DNA from: Alphaproteobacteria bacterium | Lineage (GTDB): Bacteria; Pseudomonadota; Alphaproteobacteria; JABAAW01; JAHZMA01 | Assembly (NCBI GenBank): GCA_965206365.1 | Contig: CBDBJL010000016.1 | Span: 130,283-194,282 of the forward strand | DNA: 64,000 nucleotides | Reading direction: 5' to 3' | Shown: positions 1 to 10,376 of the stretch, piece by piece | Layout: every line of letters starts with the position of its first letter | Position numbering within the stretch: position 1 is the first letter of the stretch | The notes under the pieces: model-generated | Seen by the model: only the letters and a program-made list of their open reading frames with translations | Databases searched by the model: none | What the model was told of the DNA's origin: nothing | Position numbers and translations under genes: made by a program

Positions 1-340
1 AGGTAGGCTCCATAACAACACCAATTTAATGGAATCTTTGGCAAAAATCCCCCGCGTTATCCAAAAATTACTCCCCGATGCCCCCAATGAATCCTTACTG
101 GTTTTAGATGCAACAACTGGGCAAAACACTTTGAATCAAGTAAAAAAATTTCAAGAAACCTCGCAAATTACCGGAATGATTATGACCAAACTCGATGGCA
201 CTGCCAAGGGCGGAGCTTTGCCATCTTTAATCACACAATATCATTTGCCAGTTTATTTTTTAGGTATGGGCGAAGCCATCGAAGATTTGCTACCCTTTGA
301 TTGCGAAAAATTTACCCAGGCTTTGCTCAGCCAAAAATGA
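1..340 (+). CDS. ftsY: Signal recognition particle receptor FtsY, C-terminal part (gene starts upstream of window)
   Basis: SRP-GTPase C-terminal motifs (TKLDGTAKGG, ends ~30 aa after G5 region, no M-domain so FtsY not Ffh); ORF open to window edge. Confidence 0.7.
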   Translation, partial: GRLHNNTNLMESLAKIPRVIQKLLPDAPNESLLVLDATTGQNTLNQVKKFQETSQITGMIMTKLDGTAKGGALPSLITQYHLPVYFLGMGEAIEDLLPFDCEKFTQALLSQK

Positions 341-447
341 AATTAGCCCAAGATTCAAATCTTCAGCCACTTAAATTTTAGGGCAATTTTTAGGAAAAAA
401 TTTTCAGGATATTCGAAATTTTAAGCGTTACAACCACTCAAAATTTA

Positions 448-897
448 ATGAAAAAAGCCTTACTATTGGCCAGCCAAGCCGCCAAACAAGGCGAAGTGCC
501 TGTTGCTGCAATCCTTACCGATTCTGTTGGGGATATTATTGCAAGTAGCCAAAACCGCATGCACCGCAACCAAGATCCCACCGCACATGCCGAAATGTTG
601 GTATTGGCACAATGCAAATCAATAAATTCTCACCATAAGCACTATTTTCTCCATGATTGCTATTTATTTGTCACCCTAGAACCTTGCCCCATGTGTGCCC
701 ATGCCATCGCCCTAATGCGGATCAAAGCCCTCTATTTTGCTGCCTATGATGTTAAGGGGGGAGGGGTTGATCACGGTGCCCGAATTTTTGCTCAAAGCGG
801 TTGTAATCATATTCCTGAAATTATTGGTGGGTTGTATCAAAGCGATAGCGAAAAATTACTCAGCCATTTTTTTCAAAAACGCCGACAAAATCCTTGA
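448..897 (+). CDS. tadA: tRNA-specific adenosine deaminase
   Basis: CMP/dCMP-deaminase zinc motifs HAEM...PCPMC; size 149 aa. Confidence 0.8.
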   Translation: MKKALLLASQAAKQGEVPVAAILTDSVGDIIASSQNRMHRNQDPTAHAEMLVLAQCKSINSHHKHYFLHDCYLFVTLEPCPMCAHAIALMRIKALYFAAYDVKGGGVDHGARIFAQSGCNHIPEIIGGLYQSDSEKLLSHFFQKRRQNP

Positions 898-1071
898 CCT
901 TTCCTCATATTTGCATTAAATTTTGTGTCAAATTGCGCTTTTTCCGAATCAATTTCGGTTTAAGCGTGTATTTCTTGGTATAGGGGTTTTTCATGTTGGG
1001 CTTTTCTATAAGGCTTTTTTTATGGTTTTCCTTGAATCTAAAAAAATTTTAAGAAACGGAGTATTCTAATT

Positions 1072-1386
1072 ATGGCGCGTCGGTGTGAATTATCAGGGAA
1101 AAGTGTTTTAAGTGGAAATAATGTTTCGCACGCACATAATAAAACGCGTCGCAAATTTTTTCCTAACTTACAAAACATTCATTTGCGAAGTGATTTGTTA
1201 AATCAAAATATGAAGTTTTCTATGTGCACAAGCTTGCTTCGAACCGTCGAACGTTGTGGTGGTTTGGATGCTTGGCTAAGCACACAACCAGAACGAAATC
1301 TGGCAACAAAAGCCGTGAAAATCAAACGGGCAATCGCTAAAATCCAGAAAAATTCTCAAATCCAACCCGAAAATCAACAAATTTAA
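1072..1386 (+). CDS. rpmB: 50S ribosomal protein L28
   Basis: N-terminus [34 protein letters not shown] typical of L28; alphaproteobacterial-length C-terminal extension. Confidence 0.8.
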   Translation: MARRCELSGKSVLSGNNVSHAHNKTRRKFFPNLQNIHLRSDLLNQNMKFSMCTSLLRTVERCGGLDAWLSTQPERNLATKAVKIKRAIAKIQKNSQIQPENQQI

Positions 1387-1439
1387 TATAATGGTTACAT
1401 CCCGGCTATTTTAGGAATATAGATATGGGATGATGGTAA

Positions 1440-2114
1440 ATGCGAATTGTTTTTCCTGAAATTGATCTAACGAACATTAAAGCCGTATTAATTGATCTGG
1501 ACCATACTTTGTATGATTTTATCCAGGCTGAAGCTACCGCACTAGCTTCTTGCCACCGAAAATATCAAAGCGAGCTTGTAGCCATCGACTACCCAACTTT
1601 TGAAGCTTATTACCACCAGGCACGTGGTGAAATACAACAACGCCTAGCCCCGCAAGGTGCGTGCCGTTCGCGATTTCTTGCCTTCCAGGCTTGGTTTGAA
1701 AAACTTAATTTTCCCAAAGCTTACCAGCTAGCTTTTCAATATGAGGCTTTTTATTGGCAAGTTTTCATAGATTCGATCTCACTTGCCCCTGATGCTGAAA
1801 AATTTTTAACCGATACTCAAACCAAAAAAATAGGAATTGCGATCGTCACCGATATGCAACCGCATTATCAAACAGCAAAAATTGCGAAGCTTGGCATTAT
1901 CGATAAAATTGATTTTTTAGTCACCTCCGAAGAAGCCGGCAAGGAAAAACCTGCTCGCCAGCCATTCTCATTGGCACTCAAAAAACTCTCTACCCACCAT
2001 AAAAAACCTCTCCGGCCTGAAGAAGTAATCATGATTGGCGATAATTTTGCAAAGGATATCATCGGTGGTGAAACTTTCGGCATGAAAAGCTATGTTGTTC
2101 AATACCAACCCTAA
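1440..2114 (+). CDS. HAD-superfamily hydrolase
   Basis: DxD-like N-terminal motif (LIDLDHTLYD) and C-terminal GDNxxKD motif. Confidence 0.55.
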   Translation: MRIVFPEIDLTNIKAVLIDLDHTLYDFIQAEATALASCHRKYQSELVAIDYPTFEAYYHQARGEIQQRLAPQGACRSRFLAFQAWFEKLNFPKAYQLAFQYEAFYWQVFIDSISLAPDAEKFLTDTQTKKIGIAIVTDMQPHYQTAKIAKLGIIDKIDFLVTSEEAGKEKPARQPFSLALKKLSTHHKKPLRPEEVIMIGDNFAKDIIGGETFGMKSYVVQYQP

Positions 2115-2214
2115 AAGTAAATTAATTAGCGGATAAACGAACACACCCCTTGAAATATGGATCATTTTCACCTTATTATCTTGATGAATAAGCGCAATCT
2201 ATAAATATTTTTAA

Positions 2215-3819
2215 GTGGGGTTAAAAATGGAAAAAGTAAAACATGTTCTTTTTATTATGTGCTCACAATTACGGTTTGATTACCTTAATATTCATGGTCA
2301 CCCTCACGCTAACACACCCAACATTAGTCGCCTTGCCCAACGCGGGGTCACTTTCACCCGTGCCTACAGTCAATCTTTACTCGATGCCCCTTCCCATATC
2401 AGCGCCTATACAGGGCGTTATGTGGGCACTCATGGCAGTGATCGCGAATATGCTCCTATTAAACTGGGTGAGCGCACCATCGCTGATTACCTCCGCCAGC
2501 TTCAGATCCCCACAGGCTTGATTGGGAAAAGCTCAATTCGTGCAGATTTTGAAACTATGCAACTTTTAGGCATAAACCCGAAAACATCTATTGGGGTATT
2601 GGCATGTGAAGCAGGCTTTGAATCTTACGATCGCTTGGATGGTTTGCATCCTGGTAATCCTAATAACCCGCTAAATTTTTACCCACTTAAATATAATTAC
2701 TTCTTAAAAGAAAATGGTTACGAGGATAAAAATCCGTGGCAAAAATTTAGTGCCAGTACGAAAAATGGTAAGAATAGTTTTTTTTTAGAAAATACTCATA
2801 TCCCTTTGGCTGTGCACGAAATAGAATCAGAGACCAATTATTTAACTAACCGTACAGAACAATTTATCAAAGAAGCGGGTGACCAACCTTGGTGCGCCCA
2901 TTTATCATTTACAAAACCGCACTGGCCCTATGCCGCATCTGAACCTTTCAACAAAATGTATACAAAAGAAGATGTTGTCGCGCCAGTCCGTAACAAAGAG
3001 GAACTAAATAATCCGCACCCTATTTACGAAGCTTTCATGAATAACGTGGCTTCTAAAACTTTTATTGATGATGCAAAACGTACCCGTATTATTCCTACCT
3101 ATATGGGTTTAATTAAACAAATTGACGAAAATTTAGGCGGATTATTCCGTGCTATGGATAAAAACACACTTTTCAAAGATACAATGATTATCTTTACTTC
3201 CGATCATGGTGTCTGTTTGGGAGATCATTGGTTAGGCGAAGGTGAACTTTTTTATGATTCTGCCGTAAGGATCCCCTTAATCATTTATGATCCACGCACC
3301 GAAGCGAATAAGACGCGCGGGAATAAATGCGATGATCTCGTCGAACTCATCGATATTGCCCCAACCCTATTAGAAGCTATGGGCGTAACAAAATTACCCA
3401 AGCATATTGAAGGAAAAACCTTAACACCGGTTTTACATCAACATGGCGATTACAAACCTCGCGAAGCCGCATTCTCGGAATATAATTTTAGTGCATCTTC
3501 CATTATTAAAAAGAAAAACATCCAAAATCGCAACGCAAAATTAACAATGGTTGTAACAAAAGAATGGAAATATACCTATTTTTCTGATTACCCACCCATG
3601 CTATTTGATTTAATCAATGATCCCAATGAACTCAAAGATTTAGGTCGCGAACCAGGTTATGAAAAAGTAACCCGTCAATGTCGCGATTATTTGCTAGAGT
3701 GGGCTTTGCACCATACCTCGGATACGGAACCAGAAATATCTGAAGATACCAACAAGGCCCTAGAAAAATTGGGTGTTTTTAAGGGTTATTGGTCGGAAAA
3801 TGATGTTGAAAAAGAATGA
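2215..3819 (+). CDS. Sulfatase / alkaline-phosphatase-superfamily hydrolase
   Basis: Motifs CSQLR...TPNI..LA..GV.F and FTSDHG..LGDH characteristic of the sulfatase fold. Confidence 0.6.
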   Translation: MGLKMEKVKHVLFIMCSQLRFDYLNIHGHPHANTPNISRLAQRGVTFTRAYSQSLLDAPSHISAYTGRYVGTHGSDREYAPIKLGERTIADYLRQLQIPTGLIGKSSIRADFETMQLLGINPKTSIGVLACEAGFESYDRLDGLHPGNPNNPLNFYPLKYNYFLKENGYEDKNPWQKFSASTKNGKNSFFLENTHIPLAVHEIESETNYLTNRTEQFIKEAGDQPWCAHLSFTKPHWPYAASEPFNKMYTKEDVVAPVRNKEELNNPHPIYEAFMNNVASKTFIDDAKRTRIIPTYMGLIKQIDENLGGLFRAMDKNTLFKDTMIIFTSDHGVCLGDHWLGEGELFYDSAVRIPLIIYDPRTEANKTRGNKCDDLVELIDIAPTLLEAMGVTKLPKHIEGKTLTPVLHQHGDYKPREAAFSEYNFSASSIIKKKNIQNRNAKLTMVVTKEWKYTYFSDYPPMLFDLINDPNELKDLGREPGYEKVTRQCRDYLLEWALHHTSDTEPEISEDTNKALEKLGVFKGYWSENDVEKE

Positions 3820-3906
3820 ACAATGTTGAAGAAGAGTGAACTCACAATAATATTCAATATCAGTACCCTTAAAGAATGATATAAATTTGCAGAATTTCCA
3901 TAATCT

Positions 3907-5463
3907 ATGAAAATACGAGCAACGCATGGCCTAGCCCATGCTGATTTTTATGCCTTTACCATGGCACAGGCTTTGTTTGCCCAAACAGAACATGAAATTC
4001 CAGCTTGCTTTCATGCTTTTGCTCGCAACACCCCATTTGGCGGAGCCTATATCCTTACCGCAGGACAAAGTGAATTTTTACAATGGATTCTCCATCATTG
4101 GCAAGAAAATATTGCAAATCTCATTACATTTCTGGCAAAGCAAAAAGGGATAACCAATAATCCTTTATTTCAAAAAGAATTCCTCTCCATGCTAGAAACA
4201 TCTAGGCTTACCCTAGATATAGATGCCTTGCCTGAGGGCAGTTTGGCATTTGCCAATACCCCTATTATTCGAGTTTTTGGCCCTATTTGGCAATGTTTAC
4301 TTGTTGAAGCTTACCTACTCAACACTCTCAACAGCCAAAGCATTATTGCCACCGAAGCTTCTCGTCTGCGCTATGCCGTAGATTTCAACAACCCAAAAGC
4401 CCCTAGCCTTATTATTGAAAGTGGTATGCGTCGCGCCCAAGATATTAGTGGTCTCTCGCCCACACGCGCCGCTTATATTGGTGGCACCGATGCCACTTCT
4501 AATGTTGCCGCAGCCATGGAATATGATATTCCCGCCAAGGGAACTTTTTCGCATGCTTTTGTTCAACATCATTGGTGCAATGCTCCGGGCAATGGTGAAG
4601 ATGATGCTTTTCGAAATTATCTCAGCTGCTTCCCTCAAGATAGTTATCTTCTTGTAGATACCTATAACGCGCTGAAAGGTGTTGAACGAGCTTGCAAAAT
4701 TTGCCAAAAGGGAAATTTTACCCTCCCTGGAATTCGCCTTGATTCTGGTGATTTGGCTTATTTAAGTAAAAAATCACGCAAGATTTTGGATGCTTACGGC
4801 TTTTATAACACGAAAATTGTTGCCAGCAACAATTTAAACCCACATGTTATTTATTCTTTGCGCCAAGAACAACAAGCACAAATTGATGTCTGGCTCATTG
4901 GAACCCACCTAACAGTGGCTAGCGAGCAGCCTAGCTTGGGTTGTGTTTATAAATTAGGGCAAACCTATGCAAAAACCGCACAAAATCTTTATAATTCTGG
5001 GCGTAAAGTGTTAAAAATTTCAGATGATCTCAAAAAAACAACTCTGCCAGGAGCCTTAAATTTGGTACGTTTTATCAATGAAACCGATGGTATATTTCTC
5101 AGTGATAATTTGATTAATGCCCAACAAACTGATTTTTTTATCGATAAAAATCAGCAATATCTCCAAAATGAAATGCATTGCACGCGTATCAATGCATCAC
5201 ACCAGCAAAAGAAATTTGCCAAAGGACATCCTCTTTTGTTGCCTATCGAATCTTTTATTCAAAAAGGGGCGCAGATTCGCTCAATAGAAACTGCACAGCA
5301 AGCCCGTAACCATGCAATAATATCCCTAAAACGATTAGATGATTCGCATAAAAGGCTTACCTACCCACACCTATACATTACCGCTATCGAGGCAAGCCTA
5401 CGCCAACAACAACAGGATTTGCTTGCCAATATAACATTGGCAAATGCCGATGATTTTAAATAA
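3907..5463 (+). CDS. pncB: Nicotinate phosphoribosyltransferase family protein
   Basis: ESGMRRA...GGTDATSNV...PAKGTFSHAFV matches NAPRTase active-site region. Confidence 0.6.
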   Translation: MKIRATHGLAHADFYAFTMAQALFAQTEHEIPACFHAFARNTPFGGAYILTAGQSEFLQWILHHWQENIANLITFLAKQKGITNNPLFQKEFLSMLETSRLTLDIDALPEGSLAFANTPIIRVFGPIWQCLLVEAYLLNTLNSQSIIATEASRLRYAVDFNNPKAPSLIIESGMRRAQDISGLSPTRAAYIGGTDATSNVAAAMEYDIPAKGTFSHAFVQHHWCNAPGNGEDDAFRNYLSCFPQDSYLLVDTYNALKGVERACKICQKGNFTLPGIRLDSGDLAYLSKKSRKILDAYGFYNTKIVASNNLNPHVIYSLRQEQQAQIDVWLIGTHLTVASEQPSLGCVYKLGQTYAKTAQNLYNSGRKVLKISDDLKKTTLPGALNLVRFINETDGIFLSDNLINAQQTDFFIDKNQQYLQNEMHCTRINASHQQKKFAKGHPLLLPIESFIQKGAQIRSIETAQQARNHAIISLKRLDDSHKRLTYPHLYITAIEASLRQQQQDLLANITLANADDFK

Positions 5464-5549
5464 TTTGCATCTTCAGATGAAACTTGCTAACCTGTGCCGA
5501 TAAAGGGTTAGTAATCCTAAAATATTAATAATTGAAGGTTTGAAATCAA

Positions 5550-6146
5550 ATGACGAGTTCGCTATTTTTTAGCAAAAATATCCTTGCTAGCATCTTTGTA
5601 ATTTTTCTATTGATTGCTTGTGGTGGTGGAACTTCCTATAATCAAGGCGGTGAAGAAGAGATTAGTACTGGATTTGGCATTCGCGATTTTCGTGCCATCA
5701 CTGAGATGATGGTGGAAAAAATGAGCACCGATCGGGGCTTAAGAGAAGATATCGGCGATAACCGCCCAACTTTACTAATTACCCCAATGATTAACAACAC
5801 AGATGAACATATTGATACCCAATCAATCACCCAAACTTTACAAGTGAAAATCTCTAAGGCTCGCCTTTTCACATTTGTAACACGTGAAGCTCTGGAAGCC
5901 TTAAAAGATGAAAACGCCCTAGAACAAGCCGGAATTGCAGATTCTGTAACTGTGGCACGTTTAGGAAAAGTTGTCGGTGCCCGTTATATTTTGCGAGGCA
6001 GTATTACCTCACTGCGAAATAAAATTGGTAAAAAAACGCAAACTTTCTATAAAGTCACAATTATTATGACTGACATTGAAACCGGTATTGATGTTTGGCT
6101 AGATGAAGTTGAAATTAGTAAAACCACAAAAAAATCTTTATTCTAG
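5550..6146 (+). CDS. Lipoprotein (lipobox LIACGGG); LpoB/CsgG-like fold possible
   Basis: Signal peptide plus lipobox cysteine; no recognisable catalytic motif. Confidence 0.45.
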   Translation: MTSSLFFSKNILASIFVIFLLIACGGGTSYNQGGEEEISTGFGIRDFRAITEMMVEKMSTDRGLREDIGDNRPTLLITPMINNTDEHIDTQSITQTLQVKISKARLFTFVTREALEALKDENALEQAGIADSVTVARLGKVVGARYILRGSITSLRNKIGKKTQTFYKVTIIMTDIETGIDVWLDEVEISKTTKKSLF

Positions 6147-7266
6147 ATGTTTTATCCTTGTAGTGCTCTTTATTGCTACGCTTCATACTGGCTTTGCCGA
6201 ACCTTTAATCGGCGAAGGTACTGGTAAGAGTAAAGACGTTGCCTATGAGAATGCTCTTGCAGTGCTAGCGCAACAAATTCTTGTTCAAGTTTCTGCAAGT
6301 AGTAGTTCCCATATTATAGATAATAATGGTGATGTTGATAAAAATAACGAGAGTTTGGTTGCTCTGCAAAGCAATATTCGCTTTCAAGGCGTTCAATTTA
6401 AAAAACCAAAACGAAAACGAAAAATTTGGACCGTTCGGGCGATTCTTACCGATGATGCTTTGCGACAAACCATTTCTTTTTTAGATGAGCGACTACCCGA
6501 TACGATTGAAGGCTTAACGCGATTACAAATATCGGATGCTTTCAACGAGGTTCAACAATTACAAGCTTTATTGCATTTTTCTACACAAAAAAGATTAAAT
6601 ATTCCCGAAAAAGACCGCATTGGTCAACAAGCGAAAAAAATTCGTGCTGCCCTGCAACTTAGAATTGGAAATTATGGTTGGGTCCGCTTTATTCCACCGC
6701 CCAATATTCCTTTTAATGAAAATTTTATTATCGAAATTGATGATACGCCAGTGGCAATAGCGGGAAAAATATTTCTGCCTGTAGGAACATTTCGTTATCG
6801 AATTAGCCGTGAAAATTATGCCAATGAACAAGGAATTTTGCGGATATCGCGCGGGCGCGAAGAAAGAATTTCACTGTTTTTGGTTCACCTGCCCAAACAA
6901 CCCGTTGCCATAGCCCTGGATATTAAGGCTGAAACACCACAAGAAATTAATATTATTACTGCCACGCTTACAGAAATTCTCCAAAATTATACAGTTACAA
7001 TTGATCCTAACAGCCGCCTTGTTTTACACGCTCGTGCTGATAGTGAGGTGAATAATTCAGTGAAAAATTTTGAACATTTATTCGCCACTCTCCAATTAAA
7101 TTTTACGCGCTCAGGGAAAAATATTCGCTCGCATAGCGAAAGTCTCCGCTTATTTAACAAGAAAAAAGGTGATATTGGCTCACATTCATGGCGCAAATTA
7201 AGCGAAAAAACTTTACGTACGCTTATTTCTGGCAATGGACTCTTGCATATTAGCGGAGAATTGTAA
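6103..7266 (+). CDS. Hypothetical secreted protein (start probably internal, overlaps previous ORF)
   Basis: Long ORF with N-terminal hydrophobic segment; co-directional with the lipoprotein gene. Confidence 0.4.
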   Translation: MKLKLVKPQKNLYSRCFILVVLFIATLHTGFAEPLIGEGTGKSKDVAYENALAVLAQQILVQVSASSSSHIIDNNGDVDKNNESLVALQSNIRFQGVQFKKPKRKRKIWTVRAILTDDALRQTISFLDERLPDTIEGLTRLQISDAFNEVQQLQALLHFSTQKRLNIPEKDRIGQQAKKIRAALQLRIGNYGWVRFIPPPNIPFNENFIIEIDDTPVAIAGKIFLPVGTFRYRISRENYANEQGILRISRGREERISLFLVHLPKQPVAIALDIKAETPQEINIITATLTEILQNYTVTIDPNSRLVLHARADSEVNNSVKNFEHLFATLQLNFTRSGKNIRSHSESLRLFNKKKGDIGSHSWRKLSEKTLRTLISGNGLLHISGEL

Positions 7267-7343
7267 CCGTTTCCCTTTTTTATACTTGTATGTTTTGCTA
7301 TTTATATCTTGTTATTGATTACACAAACAACAATTTTACCGCA

Positions 7344-8834
7344 TTAATTTTCTAATTTTGGATAAAGCTGGCTGCCAATCGCAAATGTACCGGTATCAAT
7401 CAGCCGAGCAATTGTTAAACCTCCAGAACGCACAGTAACCTTTAATTCGGCTTCTCTGCCTCCCCCCAAATCTACCTTCAAAACATGATTGCCTTTCGGT
7501 AAAACCATCTCCAAATTATCCACCTGCTGTGGTAGGCTAACCCATGAACGCGTATCTGCCTGTTCTGATATTGTTGTAACCACAGCCGTTGCTAAAAATC
7601 CAGCCAGCCCGGCAACAGCTACCAAAGCATCATCCGAACTTGCACTTTGCGTGGCAACATTCAATGCCAGCTGATTGGCAGCCTGTTTCACTGCCAACCG
7701 CGCAATCTGTCGTGCCAAAATTCCAGCCATAGCTTCTTTTAATTGATAAGCTGCCATCGGCAAGGTTGAAAATAAATATTGGCTTTTACCAGTAACAGTA
7801 GCTGTTCCTAAATCTTCTGGTAATGCCTCAACCCCGATTGCTGGTAAAATATTAAATTCTTGCTCGTAAGTTGGCACCGCAGTGCGAGCAGAGAAAATAT
7901 TAAATGAACCATCAGCGCGCAAATAATCCCCCTGCACATCAAAAATAAATTCTGCTCTTGGAGCCACAAACCCACGCTCGATAAGCACCGCCACCCGACC
8001 ACTTCCTTCAGGAATATCAACAACGCCCACTCCAGTTTTTTGCTGATAACCCGCTTGATTGCTACGATCATATTGCCCCGCCAATGTAACAAGATTGGCA
8101 CCAATATAGCGATTTGTGGGTTGTAATTGCCAAGCCTTACGGTAATCAATAAAAGCTGAATTATGCTCTTGGGTTGCTTCACGCATAAGAGCCGAAAAAT
8201 AATACATATAGCTACTTAAAAAACCATTTCTGGTATCACCAGCTAAAGATGTCAATAAGGCTAGCTGATCCTTATCCACACGATTAATATATTTCTCACG
8301 GGCATCAGCTTCAGCTTGATCCACTATTTTCTCGCGAGCTTCCGCGGCAAAACGCTGATCATTAGCCCCAGCACGAATTTCGATCAATGCCTTATCCACT
8401 TGCCCTAAAACCAAATAATTCATGGCTTGTAGCTGCCTGGCAAAAATCCGCTCATAATCTGAACCACCATAAGGAATCACCTTATCATTCGTAAATAATG
8501 CCGCACCTTTGGAAACATCTTCTACAGTAAAAGTGGCCTCATATTCGCGGGCACGATAAATATCTAGCAAGATGGCTAATAATTTTTGACTTTCCTGATA
8601 TTCCCCTGCCAACTGATGCAAACGAGCTTTTTCTTGCAAATCCAAGATTGCATTCAGTTTTGTATCAGTTGAGATTTTTCTTGCATACAAACCGGCGGCT
8701 TCAGGCGTTTCTAATCCCAAAAGTTCCTCTCTAACATCACCATGCTGAGGGGAAAACCCCCCACAACCACCAAGGGGTAATAGCAAAACAACAATAATTT
8801 TTTTTTTTATTCGAAGCATCACGTTAATTCTCAC
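7344..8834 (-). CDS. Lipoprotein, 496 aa (lipobox LLPLGGCGG)
   Basis: Signal peptide with lipobox; long ORF with coding-like composition. Confidence 0.5.
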   Translation of the reverse strand: MRINVMLRIKKKIIVVLLLPLGGCGGFSPQHGDVREELLGLETPEAAGLYARKISTDTKLNAILDLQEKARLHQLAGEYQESQKLLAILLDIYRAREYEATFTVEDVSKGAALFTNDKVIPYGGSDYERIFARQLQAMNYLVLGQVDKALIEIRAGANDQRFAAEAREKIVDQAEADAREKYINRVDKDQLALLTSLAGDTRNGFLSSYMYYFSALMREATQEHNSAFIDYRKAWQLQPTNRYIGANLVTLAGQYDRSNQAGYQQKTGVGVVDIPEGSGRVAVLIERGFVAPRAEFIFDVQGDYLRADGSFNIFSARTAVPTYEQEFNILPAIGVEALPEDLGTATVTGKSQYLFSTLPMAAYQLKEAMAGILARQIARLAVKQAANQLALNVATQSASSDDALVAVAGLAGFLATAVVTTISEQADTRSWVSLPQQVDNLEMVLPKGNHVLKVDLGGGREAELKVTVRSGGLTIARLIDTGTFAIGSQLYPKLEN

Positions 8835-8976
8835 CGCATTATTTTTTTTTTAATGCGCTACCTCACAATTTAAAATCACAAGGAAGAATACAACATCTTA
8901 AAGCAAAACGCAAACCTTTAACATGAAGCAGGGAGCTGTGCCCTTAATTTCGATAAATAATAATAGATACGAAACA

Positions 8977-9858
8977 CTACAATATTTTTTGCGCAAGCTC
9001 ACTGGTAAAGCCTTGCTTGGCATCTTTGCTTGTAACAGCCGATGTTTGCTCAAGCTCAGTAATTTCTACTCGCGTTGAATCTTTCGCATCTAAGCGATTT
9101 TTCAATTGCGCAATCTCATGATCAAAAACATATTGGTTAGCATTTTGACTAACCACATTGATCGCACGTTTCTCTAACAAAAAATTCAATTTTTCTTGAA
9201 TTTCAGCACCACTAAGATCCACTTGAACATTATTATCTTTCGTATCTAATACCCGACGATGAATTGCTTGTTGCTCACCATCAATCAAATTGGCAGTTTG
9301 AATTTGCGAACGCAAATGCAACAATAACAAATCACTTTCAAGCCCCTTAATTTGGGCTTGCAACCCCTTAAACTGCTGACCCTCAGTTTGCTTACGATCC
9401 ACCAAACCTTGCAACGAACGTTTTAGGAATTTTAAGGCCCTGCTAGTTTTATAAAATAATTTCGATACCTCATCATCCACAGCATCTTGCAAAACAAGAT
9501 TTACTTGCTTGGCATCAACATTTGTCAATTTTTTTGCGGATGAACTCCGTAATAAATTTTGCAGTGTAACCTGAATCACATCGGCATTATTGCGAGCAAA
9601 AAAATCCGTATTTGTTGCTTGTTGCTTGTTATTCGTAAACTGCAATACACCAATATCATCCTGATCAGCCGTACGATTATACGCCAATTCAGTATCATTA
9701 TTTTCCTGAGTAAGATAAGCAATATTCGCTTGTTGAATAATTTGCGTATCCGATGTTACATTATCGGCACTATTAACATTCGCAGAAGCCTGCCGTTGCC
9801 GATCCGGCGAGATCGGATTTGCCGATATCGCCCCTATAACCGAAACAATCTGTGTCAT
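8977..9858 (-). CDS. Hypothetical Q/N-rich coiled-coil protein
   Basis: 293-aa ORF with heptad-like Q/L/K-rich segments; no family recognised. Confidence 0.35.
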   Translation of the reverse strand: MTQIVSVIGAISANPISPDRQRQASANVNSADNVTSDTQIIQQANIAYLTQENNDTELAYNRTADQDDIGVLQFTNNKQQATNTDFFARNNADVIQVTLQNLLRSSSAKKLTNVDAKQVNLVLQDAVDDEVSKLFYKTSRALKFLKRSLQGLVDRKQTEGQQFKGLQAQIKGLESDLLLLHLRSQIQTANLIDGEQQAIHRRVLDTKDNNVQVDLSGAEIQEKLNFLLEKRAINVVSQNANQYVFDHEIAQLKNRLDAKDSTRVEITELEQTSAVTSKDAKQGFTSELAQKIL

Positions 9859-10080
9859 AATTTTGTCCCTCTTCTTTTCAATGTTATTCGTTACCTCTTA
9901 TTATAGCAAATTTTGTGCCATATTTCTCTAAAAAAAAGTTATATGCCTTTAATAAAAAAACGAAAGCAGAGGTTGCAAAAAAAGTCATTTTACGGTAAAA
10001 TATTCCTTAGCTAGGCGAGTTTGTGAAATTAAGAAATGTAGTTTCCATACCCTCTTTGGTTTACAAAAAATGGATGTTTA

Positions 10081-10157
<77 letters not shown>

Positions 10158-10376
10158 TTACTGGTGTGATTTCCGTTGCCTAACCTTGCAAAATGTTGGG
10201 GCAAAATGTTGAAAAGTTTATTTTGGTTTGTAATTAAACGGTAAAAAGTTTGATTATTCTATTTTTAGGTTGCTAATTTTGTATGTTTTATATGTTGACA
10301 TTAGTCGCTTGTAGGTCTTATCATCCAGGACCAGGACTGTGGTTCGACCAAAAAAACAATAAAACTAGGAGCATAG

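Noticed and set aside
9559-9906. Plus-strand ORF inside the 8977-9858 gene, and many similar antisense ORFs (e.g. 4315-4707, 7808-8182, 11975-12280, 14465-14794, 33389-33712, 37026-37259)
   Set aside because: They are embedded opposite or out of frame within longer, better-supported genes; typical shadow ORFs.
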